53,343 nucleotides of DNA from Eledone cirrhosa (lineage: Eukaryota): positions 1 to 53,343 of the forward strand of contig CAXHJY010000642.1 of assembly GCA_964016885.1 (NCBI GenBank), given 5' to 3'. The position numbers and the translations under genes are program-made. Of this stretch, positions 13,601-26,646 are shown piece after piece (within the stretch, counting starts at the first letter, position 1; every line of letters begins with the position of its first letter). The notes under the pieces are model-generated. The model did not search any database and had not been told where the DNA came from. It was given only the letters and a program-made list of their open reading frames with translations.

Positions 13601-15287
13601 ATCTGAAAAAGTATGAAAAGCTTGTGATGACCTTTAATCCCTGTGATTTAATTGTTATAGCCATTTGTAATAGCCTATTAAAACTTTATTGGAATGGTAT
13701 CATGTCCCAAAATCTCACAATTTAGTTAGTTCTATACCTACTACAAATAGGCCAAAACTCAAATCCCTGTGACTAGTACTTTTGGATTTAGTTAGGTCTG
13801 AAAACACAAGAAAAACTTACACTCATGTCGCAAAATCAACTGTTTATATGCAACAAAATAGGCTTTACCTAAATATTTTTAAAATTGCCAAAAACAAAAA
13901 AAGTTTTATTTTCCAGAACCTGAAAAAAAATAGGCAATTGCTATCCCATGGACACTATTAATTTGTGTAATTTGAAGATGATTATCACCTCAGTTTCAAA
14001 GATATGACATCACAAGTATTGCTAATTATTCATTTAGGCCTAATTAGGCAAGATTTTGACCAATTCACTGACCATTCAAATTGTCTTATTTCCTAAAATA
14101 TTCATCCAAATTTCACAAATGAGGGATCAAAATGTTTCTTTTTTGGATGCTCTCTAAGAAAGAGTACAGTAGAAGTTAGATTTAAATATTTTCAAAAATT
14201 GATAGTGACTCCTACTGATATTACTCTTCACTCTTCCTTAATCGTCTAAACACAAATGTTACCCACTCACATCCTAGACACTTGACACCAGACTTTCCCT
14301 GCTTCAATGAACTGAGACTTTGAAAGTATCCCCCAAACTAGTGTATTTCAACATTATCAAAACACAATCACTCAATTATCCAGAATACAATCTCACATTA
14401 CAATAACACAATTAAAATCCTTGAATACTAGGCTACAGAATATGTGGTGAACTTCCATGGCAACCACACTACATAAACAAAAAAGAAAAAATGTTATTGG
14501 TTGGCAAAGACTCCTGAAGTTACAGTCACTAGACTTACATATGTACTCATTCTTCTGGCCCCTTGATAAGCACTTCCACTCCTCTAAACTAGCAAGATAC
14601 ATAACATTGCCACCTAAACCAACTTTTCCCATTCCTAATATTCCTACATAGTCTAATCCACCAAACCTGAAAGTGAACAACTTATTCTGTCCTTTCTTCT
14701 CCAAATTACAACCTTCTCATACTCTCCCTACCCACATTTTCCCAACATGCAACAGCCTGTAGGAGTTGCAGTTGCACAGTAACACCATTAATCTCACCAG
14801 TTAAGTTTTACAAAAGTCCTCCTCCTCCTCAACATCATCATCATCATCATCATCACCCTCTAACTAAAATGATTTAAAAAAAATAAAAGCATATCAATAA
14901 CTGACAGTGTTTATTTTTTGCCTTTCATCCAAGCAAAGCAATAAAGCCACTAAAATGCAAAGTGTTACTGAGAAGGGAAAAGGAAAAAAACAGAGAGAGC
15001 ATAATCAAAAGAGAGAGAAGATTACAATTGATGCTGCTTTTGAATATTTGCAAATTGTAGGTCAGGAAAATAAGAAACTGGAAGAGAATTCAACAGGCAA
15101 GATGTGTGAGGGAAGTAACAATCAGATTAGAATTAACAATTACATTTAGGAACTTCAATTATAAAGGAATGAGACCTAGCTGCAAATCTGGTACTATTTT
15201 TAAACAAATGAAGATGAGGCAACAGAGGAAAGCTCATCAGAACAATCTTTATAGAAATATTTATAGAAAATACACAGAAGCAATATT

Positions 15288-15470
15288 TCAACGGTGTGAT
15301 AGTGATTGAAGCCAACATGATAAATCAGGACCAATAATGTTGACGATTCTTCTTTGGATTTTATTCAGACTCTGAAAGTGCACAGCAGAAGCACAAGACC
15401 AGTTGTGGCAATAGTACTCAATACAAGGACGAATAGTGGATTTATAAGGAAGTAAGATACTTTCAGGCAT
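15288..15470 (-). pseudogene. Jockey/CR1-group LINE ORF2 C-terminal fragment
   Basis: LLPYKSTIRPCIEYYCHNWSCAS...LNKIQRRIV. Confidence 0.75.
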
Positions 15471-16718
15471 GTTCGTAGTTAAAGATTAAATAACATGGAT
15501 GCAGGCATGGCTATGTGGTATCTTGCGCAAGTGTCTTTACGATAGGTTCAGGTTATGAGTGAAATTGGGTAGATGAAAACTGTGCAGATGGATTGCACCT
15601 ATAATTCAAATGTCCAGCCTTGTCACATATTCTGTCATGCTGATTCTATCAGCAAATTACATTAAGGGTACACATGTCTGTGGAACAACTGAATGTCTAT
15701 TGTTGAAGCTGATAGAGGATCCAACATCAGCATCATTGTGGACGACTGAAATCTAGTTTGTTCTGATAAATGAGAGAAACAAACAAATCATTATGAACAT
15801 TGAAATCTTTTCCAGGAGGAACATACCATCTGCTGTAACAAGGATTATTACTAAGTTCAGGTTGAAAACAAGGAAGAAATGAATATTTTAATTACAAGGA
15901 ACTGAAAAATGCCTTATGTGTGGTGCCACAAGAAAATACACTCAGTTCATCTGAGTGGTAGTGGTAGTATTACCATAAAATACATTCAGCCTATGGGAAT
16001 GAAGATTGCAAAATGGTAGAGAGATGGACTACACAATTCGCAGTGTATAAATAGAAGCCTGTTTTAGATTTTAAATAATGTTGGGACCAATAAAATAAAT
16101 ACCAGGTTAAATAATGTGTTAGTGTTCAATCTCACAACTTAAAATGAAGATGCCTCTATAATGTCACTTAACTTGCTAGAAATAGCAGCCACATCTCCCA
16201 CAAACCCTATCCTACTATCTTTAAAAAAAAAGGATGCATTAAATAATGTAATCCTAGATACAATGTCAAAATGAAAGATGGTCACAGTTGGATTGCTTCT
16301 AATCATAAGTCTGCTCAACCAGAGCTGACCTTAGGCTAAAAACACATGCCTTGGGTGCCTTTAGTGGAGCCCACACTGTTGTAAGCATTTGGGCCAGGTT
16401 TATAGTTTGACGATACCCTCTTCCTTTGCCCTGATCAATCTCAGAGGACTTGGAAAGGGCTGTGGGTACTGCCTTTCTCTCATTGGCTAAACAGTAAAAA
16501 ATAAAAAAAAGGAATTCTCATACTATTTCTTGTCAGATACTCAAGTAGATTATTTTAAGAATGCTGAATCTCACAGAGGAAATGACAAAGGAATGCAACA
16601 AAGGGAAGAAAGCAGTGTTCCAGCACTGAAGAAGACTTATCAAACCTAAGCAAGTAGACATAAAAACAATGGTGACAGCAGATGAAGGGGAACAAAAATA
16701 ATTTAATACTCAACTTAC

Positions 16719-16792
16719 CAAAAAGGTGTGGTATATTTTGTGTCTTCTACAGTGAGAACAGTATGAAAGCAACGGTCATCAGGTCGTTCAAT
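16719..16792 (-). CDS. DUS2: DUS2 exon (dsRBD)
   Basis: taccag|IERPDDRCFHTVLTVEDTKYTTPF(W)|gtaag; 74 nt. Confidence 0.93.
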
Positions 16793-16980
16793 CTGGTAAT
16801 ATGAAGAGAAAAAAAAGTTATTAAATGCAAAAGTAAGATATATGTAAATTTGCACTGTGTTCTTTTTATCATTGATTGAATAAAGTTTACAAACAATTGA
16901 ATATGTTGAGTAAACCAAACCCTTTTGATACCAAACTGCCTAAAACTACTCCTGCTTCTATAATACAAAGCTTTTTTTGT

Positions 16981-17207
16981 TTAACCCTTTAGTATTTAAA
17001 CTGGCCGTATCTGGCCATAATTCTCTCACCTCTTTCTGTTCAAACCAGCTGTAACTGACCACTCATACTAATGTTAAGGTATTGTTCTCAAAATAATTAA
17101 TATCAAAATCCCAGATTCGATATTATGTGAGATAATTATGTAAGGTAAAGCCTTTACCATAAAAATACAATAGTAAATATAGAGTAATGTAAATGCTAAA
17201 AGGTTAA
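16981..17207. mobile_element. piggyBac-type MITE (TTAA TSD)
   Basis: TTAA-CCCTTTAGTATTTA ... TAAATGCTAAAAGG-TTAA; second copy at 46054-46282. Confidence 0.85.
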
Positions 17208-17254
17208 AAGTATTTATATTTATAATAAAATGTTATAGTTTGCTTGAAGCATTG

Positions 17255-17938
17255 TATGTAATATATAACGTTGAAAGAGATAGAGGCCAAACAATGTGGT
17301 ATACTGGATTGAATGCAACAAATGTAAGGAGTTCTACATTAGTAGCACGACTCGAACACTCCACACTCGCATTAGAGAACACCCCAACACACGCGCATCC
17401 TCATTCAAAAAACACATCGACAAATGTAGAAACATCAACCAACATATTACCGTTACTATTGAAGCTAGTGATAGAAATGTGGGCAACCTAAGAATTAAGG
17501 AAGCTTTGCTCATACGTAGACTCAATCTGCAAATAAATAATAGATTAGAACTCAGCACACAGTACTTGACATAAAAAGACCCACCCACAGGTACACAAAC
17601 TAAACATCTCATACAATAAAGAAAATTGATTTCGCGGAATACTATATTGGCAATTGACGTCACTCACATGGAAAGTGAAGTAACCATAAAAAAACGCTTC
17701 AAAACGACTTAGAAAAAATTTTAATCAAAATAAAAATTTTATCCAAAGAGAGGAAATTGGAACGTTATTCACTGAAGGTTCCTTAAAACCTGATGAAGGG
17801 ACTTTTAGGTCCCGAAATATTGGACAAATAAAAGAACAACAAAACAAAGATTACCAGGTAACTTTTACTTTCTATTACATCATCTTACAGTCCATTTTGC
17901 ATTGTTTGGCCTTCTATCTCTTTCAACGTTATATTCAT
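17255..17938 (+). mobile_element. Penelope-like element, 5'-truncated, with GIY-YIG endonuclease ORF (17296-17574) and inverted ends
   Basis: VYWIECNKCKEFYISSTTRTLHTRIREH...LRIKEALLIRRLNLQIN; inverted repeat 17263-17296 / 17900-17934. Confidence 0.88.
17786..17825 (+). ncRNA. putative minimal hammerhead ribozyme core
   Basis: CTGATGA-A-GGGAC(ttttag)GTCCC-GAAA-TATT downstream of the Penelope ORF; stem I pairing is weak. Confidence 0.6.
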
Positions 17939-18637
17939 ATTTATCTAAAAATCTTCCATCATAATTTTATGTAAGAACTTTTGTTAAATTATGTTCCAAA
18001 CATCATCTTAGTAATGAGAAATTTAGTTATTTTACGAAATCCTTCCAAATTCTTTAGAAATATGTTAATATAGGCAATAATTTTTTTCTGGTTGAAATAA
18101 TATATAACAAAAGAATAATAAGTATGGTTAAATACTTAAGAAGTTTGCTTAGCAATCATAAGGTTTCAACTTTGATCCCACTGTGTGGTATCTTTGCAAG
18201 TGTCTTTTACCTTAGCTTTAGGTCAACTCAGGCCTTGAATGAATCTGTGTAGATAATAAACTGATTGGAAACCTCTCGGATGAACTGTACCCGTATTTCA
18301 CAAAACTGTTTAATGTCTATTTTCCATGTTTGCATTAGTTAGCCAGATTGTCATGGTCTGAGGCCAGACAGGCCCAGTGATCATGTCCTGTTCATATATT
18401 CCGTCTTTAGTTTGGCTTCTATGCCTGGATGCCCTTCCTGAAGCGTTTTTTGTGGCATCAGTACTATCACCTTATTCAGGGTAGATTGAGAGCTTTTTGT
18501 TGTGACACTAACACTATCACATATTGTTTGATTGAGATAGACCCAAAGTCTAACAATTTAGTTTTTTAAACATTTTTTTATGTTGTTGCTACAGGTACAT
18601 TTATGGCATTATTGTTGCAGATTTACTAAAATTAAAG

Positions 18638-19880
18638 CTGTGTGACTAAAAAAAACTGGCTCTATTTTTATTTTTGTCTATATTATTATTTTTTTTTTAC
18701 AAAAACTGATGAAACTCCAAATATATTTAGCTCAAACCACTAAAAACAACATATCAAATATTCACTATCTTCAGATGTTTCTGTCCAGAGTTAAAGCACG
18801 TTTCAAGAGATCCCCATTTGAATCCATACATTTTTTGAGGTGCTAGGTGAAGTTTAGCATAACACCTTTACATACAGACCTAGTGATGGCTCTAATATCC
18901 TCCCTTATATTTTCATTTAGTTCAGTGATGGTCCTGGGTTTGTTTACATACACCCTATCTTTCACATAGACCCATTCTTGTGACTCATTAGAGCTGTGAG
19001 GGCTTGTTCTGTTTTACTGGAACCAGAACATATTCATTAGAGATGAGTACATGGTCTGTAACTCCTTTTTGAAGTCTTCCAAGATCCCCACATAACATTC
19101 CTTTATGACTGTAGCAGTAACACCATTTTCTTCAATGAAGAATAAGCTAATCGACCCTCTCTCAGAAATAGAAGCCCAGACAGTACATTTAGCCAAGTGG
19201 AGAGGTTTCACAGTCACTTCAGTGGGTTTCTCTGATGCCCAGAACACAATATTCTTAGAGTTGATCTTCCGCTCTTAGTGAAAATGGGCTTCATCTGGGG
19301 TCCACAGCAGATTTAAAAAATTTGGTTTGTTTTCCAGCTTCTCCAGCATTTTCTCAGTTATAGCCTTTCTCCTGGTTTTATCAGCTTCAATAAGCTTTTA
19401 TTTAGTCTGTATTTTGTAAAAATACTTCTAAAATCCTCTTTAACAACCCTTCTGCATGTTTCTGTGGAGAGACCCAAGGATTGGCTTTTGCACAGTGATT
19501 GTTTTCAGCTCTGTGCAACAGACTCTCGGACCATGTCAATAACTTCCTGTGTATTCTACTTGGATCATCCAGAGTAGGTAGGACAGTCTTCTCCACTGTC
19601 CAACAGATCTCTAACTTCTTTACCCAATTTTGTATATCAGCTTTGAAGGGAGATTTGTCGATTCCAAAGAATGCATGAAATTGATCCTGGACCTGCTTCT
19701 ACGTGCCACATTTATAGTATTATAGTAAGGTTTCACACAGAAAATCCAACTGGAGTCCCATTGGTCTTGTCTTTTCAGATGTGCATCTGCCTTGTTCAGA
19801 AATTTAAGGTTGATCAGTTAGAAAATGAATATACAGCGACACAAAATATGTGCTGGGCCAGTTCTTCTTTAGTCACTCTG
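18638..19880 (-). mobile_element. Tc1/mariner-superfamily transposon (rosa/DD41D-like), decayed
   Basis: Imperfect TIRs CTGTGTGACTAAAAAAAACTGGC / GCCAGTTCTTCTTTAGTCACTCTG-TA; remnants DEAHFH, KPLHLAKCTVWA, FWFQ. Confidence 0.8.
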
Positions 19881-20009
19881 TATACAAAGTATTGGTACAA
19901 AATGACATTTTTATTTTAATATTGGTGGATTTTTTGTGCCAGTGAAAAACAAACAATATTCAAGGAAAAAATGAAAATAAAACCCCCCAACAAAAATATA
20001 AAAACTCAC

Positions 20010-20097
20010 TGTGCAATATACTGGGGATTTCATTTTATTTCGACAAGTCCATTCAAATAATCTCATCTTTGGAGTAATGGCTAGTGGGTAATCTCTC
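20010..20097 (-). CDS. DUS2: DUS2 exon (dsRBD start)
   Basis: ttgcag|RDYPLAITPKMRLFEWTCRNKMKSPVYCT|gtgag; 88 nt. Confidence 0.93.
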
Positions 20098-20165
20098 CTG
20101 CAACAAATATATTGAATTAAGAGAGTAATAATATTGTTGCTTGTATGTAGAGGCATTTTATTAAT

Positions 20166-20373
20166 TTAACCCTTTTCATAACAAACTGCATAAATCAAGC
20201 CCTAGTTTGACATTATAAAACTGTTTGTTTTGAAGCATTTATATTTATCTAAAAATATTCTATCTAATGAGAAAGTTAGTTATAGTTAAATCCCTTCAAA
20301 TTTGTGATTATTTTCAAAATTTGAAAATCATAGACAGTGTCTTTCATTGGAAATATGTTAACGAAAGGGTTAA
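20166..20373. mobile_element. piggyBac-type MITE, second family
   Basis: TTAA-CCCTTTTCATAACA ... TGTTAACGAAAGGG-TTAA. Confidence 0.75.
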
Positions 20374-20719
20374 AATACAAATACTTTTATCTTCTTTTTT
20401 ATTGCTTAGTCAGGACAAAAGATAGTACCCCAAACCGTCTTGCAGGGCTGCAAAAAACTGGTAGGAGGTATCTTCAAACCTTCCATATACTTTCCACACC
20501 CTAACACCTCACCCACATCTAATCACACCTTTACACAATAAAGGTGCTTAAATAATGGATAGTAATAGAAATGAATAATGGTATAATGTAATGGGTATAA
20601 ATAGATATGATGCAATCCATTATAATGGGAGAGGGAAGTAGACTGATAAGGTCAGAGGCAGTGAGGATTGAATAGAAACCGGTCTAATACCTCACATTAT
20701 GGAGGCATATATATATATA

Positions 20720-23700
20720 AAGATAAATTCACCTCCTGTTGTCAGACGAGAATGCAAGGACTCCTCATTATTTCAGACACGGATGGCTAACATAACCCCG
20801 TCCCCCTCACCCCTCCCTGCGTCTCCAACCCATCCCTTCCACCCACCCAACGAAATCCAAAACTTCAGAGTTGGTACCATGAATGTAGAGATGCTTGAAC
20901 GTAAGGAAGTTGATGTTTGTTGTGTTCAAGAGACTAGGTGGAGGGGTGGGTCTGCTAGATTCATTGTGGGTAAAAAAACGATGCTATAAACTTTTCTGGG
21001 TGGGAAATGACAATGGGTTGGGTGGAGTAGGAATCATGTTAGCAGAAAAATGGGTAGATAAGGTAATTGCAGTAAACAGAGTGAATGACAGAATAATTAA
21101 AATAAGACTAGTCCTAAACAGAACTACTGTGACAATAATATCTGCTTATGCAGCCCAATCTGGACTGCTTGGCGTTATAAAAGACAGATTCTATGAGTCG
21201 CTAATGCTCACTACCTCCCAAATAACCGACAGTGACTACATAATTATTGCTGGCGACCTAAATGGTCATGTTGGACAACATTGTGACGGCTTCAGAATCC
21301 TGGAATTCTGTGACGCTAATAACCTAACTATCTGTAACACAAACTTCAAAAAACGAGACAATCACTTGATCACCTATAGATCAAGGGCACACGCCAGTCA
21401 GATAGATTATATCCTTACCAGAAGACATCATAGAGTATCTGTCGTAAACACTAAATCCCTCCCCCGTGAAGAATACACCTCCCAACATAGCCTAGTAGTT
21501 AGCAACCTCGTAGTCAGGACGAGACGTACTCGACAACAGAGGAGGACTACCCTGAGAAGAAGAATATGGAAGTTAAAGGACCCCACAGCCAGTAACAAAT
21601 TTAAAAGCTTATTACTTGATGCCTTTGACAGTAAGGAAGAGTAATTAGAGACGTACAATATAGAGGAACAGTGGAAATTACTGAAAGTTAACCTGCTGAA
21701 GGCAACAGATGAAATCTGTGGCTGGAGCAGACCTATAGGCAGGAGGAGAGTAACTTGATGGTGGAACAGTAAGGTGGAGGAGTCAATCAAAGCCAAAAAG
21801 TAGGTTTGGAAAGTATGGCGGGAGGGGGGAAGTAGAGAAGACTATCAAGTGGCCAGGAGAGAAGCTAGGAGACAAGTGTAGTTTGCAAGGAGGGAAGGAG
21901 AGGAAAGAAAGTACAAACATGTTCTACACGAGGACCAAAAACGTGAGGTGTTCAGGATTGCAAGACAATGTGTCAAGGAAAACCGTGATATTGTCGAGGA
22001 GAAGTGTGTCCGTAACGATGATGGTGTACTTGCCATCACTGACGCTGATAAGAAGGTAGCTTGGAAGTGTCACTACGAGAGGCTATTAAATGAGGAGAAT
22101 AAATGGGAAAAAGATAGTCTGCCTCAAATCGATCCAATAGAGGGACCAGCAGTGCAAGTTGAAGGTAGTATAATAAGTAAGGTAATCAAAGATATGAAGA
22201 CAAGCAAGGCAGCTGGACCTTCGGAGATAGTTGCTAAGATATTGAAGGCATCTGGAATGGTGGGACATACTATGGTCACCCGTATAGTTAACCAAGTCAT
22301 ACAGAATGGGGTCATACCAAAAGACTGACGTAGCAGCATCATCAATAACTGCTACAAGGGTAAAGGGGATGCTCTAGATAGGGTAAACTATAGAGGCATT
22401 AAGTTAGTTGACCAGGTAATGAAGGTCACAGAAAGAGTTATAGCGCAACTAATCAGAGAGCGAATTGATCTAGATGAAATGCAGTTTGGGTTTGTGTCAG
22501 GTAAAAGTACCACGGACGCTCTTTTCCTTGTACGACAACTACAGGAGAAGTACCTAGCTAAAAGTAAACCCTATACTTAGCTTTTGTTGACTTGGAGAAA
22601 GCCTTTGACAGAGTCCCCCGCTCCATTATCTGGTGGGCTCTTAGAAAACTAGGTGTTGATGAATGGCTTGTGAGAGCTATACATGCTATGTATAATGAAA
22701 CAGTCAGAACATAGTGAAGAATTTAGCGTAAAAGTTGGTGTTCATCAAGGCTCTGTCCTTAGCCCCCTCCTATGTATTATTGCCCTTCAGGCTATAACAG
22801 AGGAGTTCAAGACCGGCTGCCGATGGGAACTTCTATACGCAGATGATCTAACTCTCATAGCTGAATCGATGGTTGAACTAGAGAAGAAATTCTAAACATG
22901 GAAGCATGGCCTAGAATCAAAAAGCCTTAAAGTTAACTTGTCTAAGACTAAAGTTCTAGTATGTAGAAAGGAAAATAGGGTACAGGTACCCTCTGGGAAA
23001 TGGCCGTTCAGTGTGTAGGAAAGGAGTAGGCAGAAATTTCATATGTCCCAAATGCAAACTATGGGTACATAAAAGATGTAGTGAGATCACAGGTAAGCTA
23101 TTTAAGAACGTAGATTTTATATGTGGCCGATGCTCAGGTGCAATAAGTAGCAAGTGCCCACAGGATACTAGCTCCTTCTATTGCCCAGATGGTTCTATAG
23201 AAATAGTGGACACCTTTCGTTATCTGGGTGACAAAATCAGCAGTGGTGGAGGGTGCTCTGAAAGTACAGTTGCCAGAGTCAGAACGGGATGGAAAAAGTT
23301 CAGAGAGCTTATACCACTATTGGCCGCTAAGGGTTTCTCTCTAAAAATGAAAGGCAGGCTGTATGATGCCTGCATACGAATAGCAATGTTACATGGCAGT
23401 GAGACATGGGCATTGTGTGCAGAGGATCTGTGCAGACTGGAGAGGAACAAAGCATCCATGCTCCGTTGGATGTGTAATAGTAATATACGTGAACGGCAAA
23501 GCATAAATGAACTAAGTGAGAAATTAGGAAGAAGAGGGATCAGATGCTGTTTGCTCGAGAGAAGACTACGTTGGTATGGTCACGTGATGCGCATGAAAGA
23601 CAACAGTTGTATAAAAAAAGTGTAGGGCAATCAAAATTGATGGTAGTTACGGAGTAGGTAAACCCAGAAAAACCTGGGACGATTTAATAAATTCTGACCT

Positions 23701-24202
23701 CACACACTTACACCTCTCTAAGACAATGTCAATGGACCGAGATCTTTGGCGCTACGCAGTAATACAGAAAATCCGCCTTGCCTATGTACAAAGCGAAACC
23801 TACAGTCAGTAGGCACCTCTTAACCAAATATATACCCCATCCCACTACCCCTACTCCACTCCACCCCTGATCCCCCACTCCCACCAACACCACCCTTTCT
23901 CTGTAAAGTTATGTTGGTACCACAAGATCCAGTCCAAAATAAATGAGGTCGTGTAGGTGTCACGACAAAAAACACAGTCCACGCTGTAATGTGGCCGTGT
24001 AGGTAACACAGTAAAAACATCCCAGTCCACACTGTAAACGTGGTTGGCGTTAGGAAGGGCATCCAGAGGTAGAAAACCTGCCAGACAGTCCCTATACGAG
24101 CGAGACATGGTCACCCGACCATCTTGCCTCAAGTAGGACAATTCCTGTCTAAACCTATGCTAGCGTCGAAGGTTAAACGTTGATGATGATGATGATGATG
24201 AT
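20720..24202 (+). mobile_element. near full-length RTE-clade LINE, inactivated (APE, RT, PHD-like finger)
   Basis: GTMNV..VQETRW, GDLNGHVG, SQIDYIL; GVHQGSVLSP, YADD; several stops and frameshifts; (GAT)n tail. Confidence 0.95.
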
Positions 24203-24360
24203 ATATATATAGAGAGAGAAAGAGAGAGAAAGTGGAATTGGAAATAGCACAGAAAATATATTTAAAGGATTTTTTTTTCTTTTTATCTTCTTTGATTCTT
24301 CAAAGTGACATTAATGAAAAAATGAGAGGAACAATTTAAAAAAAAAAGTTTTATAATGTA

Positions 24361-26319
24361 CTAGCTGGCCTGTCCGGCTGGCGCCCGGCTAGGTATACCG
24401 GCATTTTATCTTTTCAGGATTCCCCCCTCCACTCCAGTGCAAAGATACCGCACGCCCTCTCAAGTCAGCGAGGGGGGGTTAATGTGTCCTGATGTTGGGT
24501 TTGAATAGTTTTTAGGATTCCCCAGTTCAGCAGCTAGTACGTTAAAGAAAATTGATAGTTACAACAATAAAGGCTGAACAGAGAACACATTTTTTAACAA
24601 ACTTTACAATAATTTGTACAACCTTAATGGAAATTCCAAGTAACAGAAAATACATAAATTACATGGTTAGAGCCTCAGAGTATACAATATATTTTGTTTG
24701 GCCCTTGGGAGCAAAGATGAAGAGATTGTTTGGCGAGCTCACCCTAGAGCATCCTACATACAATTGACCATGGGCGAAGCATGGTTTTCCCAGATGAAGG
24801 CCAGCCACTTTTAGGTTTTGACCCTGAGCTTTGTTGATGGTAATCGCCAAGCTTAGTCTCTCTATTGCTCTAGTAACATTTTTTCTTGTGGAAAATCTGA
24901 TCTTGCGGCGAGGCTGGGACTTTTTGGGTGGCATATCGGCAGTAACAATGACGATAAGCCGTCTGTGCTTTCGTGAAATAAATACGTTTATTTATATTTT
25001 GTTTTTGTGTATGCAAAAATATCTGTACACAAATATATAATTATATATCATCATCATCATCACCGTTTTACGTCCGTTCTTCCACGCTAGCATGGGTTAG
25101 ACGGGTTGTCCTGTTGTGTGCAGTGTCTGGTTGGCTGACCATGCCTTGCTCATACAGGAACTGATCTGGCTTGATTTCTACAGCTGGATGCCCTTCCTAA
25201 CACCAACCTCATTTACAGTGAGTGCTGGGTGCTTTTTCGTGGCGCCTAACACGTCCACTTTACAGTGTGGGCTGGGTGCTTTTTTGCCGTGGCACCTCCA
25301 CGACCACCTTGCGGTGGAGGGTGTGGGGGCATATTGTTTATATGCTTCAGCTTGTACCCATGGGAGGTCGGGTACTCTGTATTACTGCGTGACGCCAGAA
25401 GTCACGGTCGTGTGTCATTGTCTTTGAGAGGTGTAGTTGGGTAAGGTCGGCTTTTATCACCTCATCCAAGGTCATCTTGGGTCTCCCCACTCCGCGGTTT
25501 CCATCAACTTCTAGTGCTCTGCACCTTTTTATGCAGCTGTCATCCTTCAAACGCATCACATGTCCATACCAACGCAACCGCCTCTCCTGCACACAGCATT
25601 TGATTCCTCTTATGCTCAGTCTCTCTCTCAATTCATTTATGCTTTGTCGTTCACGTATATTACTGTTACACATCCATCGGAGCATGCAGGCTTCGTTTCT
25701 CTCTAATCTACGTAAGTCTTCCACCTTCAGCGCCCAGGTCTATATATATATATATATTAAAATAACAGATTAAAGTTTAAGCAAAGAATCGCTGCTTTCA
25801 CCCTTAACGGGACCTTCTGAAAATAAAAAAAATCAATCTGTGAACGCAGAAGTAAATATTTCGAAAAATGTTGCAACCGAAGGAAAACAGGAGGACGATA
25901 CTTTGGTTCGTGAAGACGTTCCCTGGCAATGAACGGAAAAAAGCGACAGGCAGCCAGACAGACAGATATTATAAACGTGCAACGTTATAGCTATGTATCT
26001 AATGCAGACAGCCAGACATACAGAGACATATTATAAGGGCGCGACGTTATAGCTATGTATCCATCTAAAAAGACAGGCTAAGAAAGCGAGAGGAATGTTG
26101 TATAACCGGAAGTGTTGACGTTTGAAAATTTTAAAGAAGTGAATATTTAAATAAACGATAAAATATCTTTAATCTTTTAACGAAATTTAGAAGACAAAAA
26201 TACCCTCACTTTCTTACTTGGAAAAAGTTACATCTATGGTGCAAATTTGGTGCTTTTTGGTCCAGCCGTTTGGCGAAAAGTTTGTTACATACATACAGCC
26301 GTCAGCTTTATAATATAGA
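24361..26319 (-). mobile_element. non-autonomous Helitron with both termini
   Basis: 5' TC at 26319, 3' GC-rich hairpin plus CTAG at 24361, inserted between A and T; ORF 24659-24934 has helicase motifs TINKAQGQ and HGQLYVGCSRV. Confidence 0.88.
25047..25740 (-). mobile_element. 5'-truncated RTE LINE nested in the Helitron
   Basis: LERNEACMLRWMC...RRLRWYGHVMR; (GAT)n tail; TA-rich flanks; near-identical to 38120-38812. Confidence 0.95.
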
Positions 26320-26646
26320 TATAAAATATAACCGATTTCGATGTATCAGTGTAATCCATCTTATCAAATGTTGAATATTACAATTAAAAAGAATTAAAAA
26401 TTAAAAATTAAGTGTTGAAGGAGGTCTGTTCATCTTTCTTATTGAGAAGAAGACAATATATATATTGGAAAATGAGTGAGATCCTTGGTACAGTTAGGTA
26501 TATTTGAAAAAAGGAAAAGAATGACTTCACCTGTAGTTCTAAACAATTTAATTTTATATTACAATTTTACAATTTTGCTATGTAGATCTACATTGTAAAA
26601 TTGAAATATAAAATTAAATTCTTTTCCTTTTTTCAAATATATATAT

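Noticed and set aside
12240-15290. Possible DNA-transposon or LINE relics at about 12240-12480, 13310-14200 and 14220-15290 (also 2700-3330)
   Set aside because: They look repeat-derived, but I could not establish TIRs or diagnostic motifs by eye.
24659-24934. Host PIF1 helicase exon
   Set aside because: Enclosed by Helitron termini, and the C-terminal sequence is Helitron-type.
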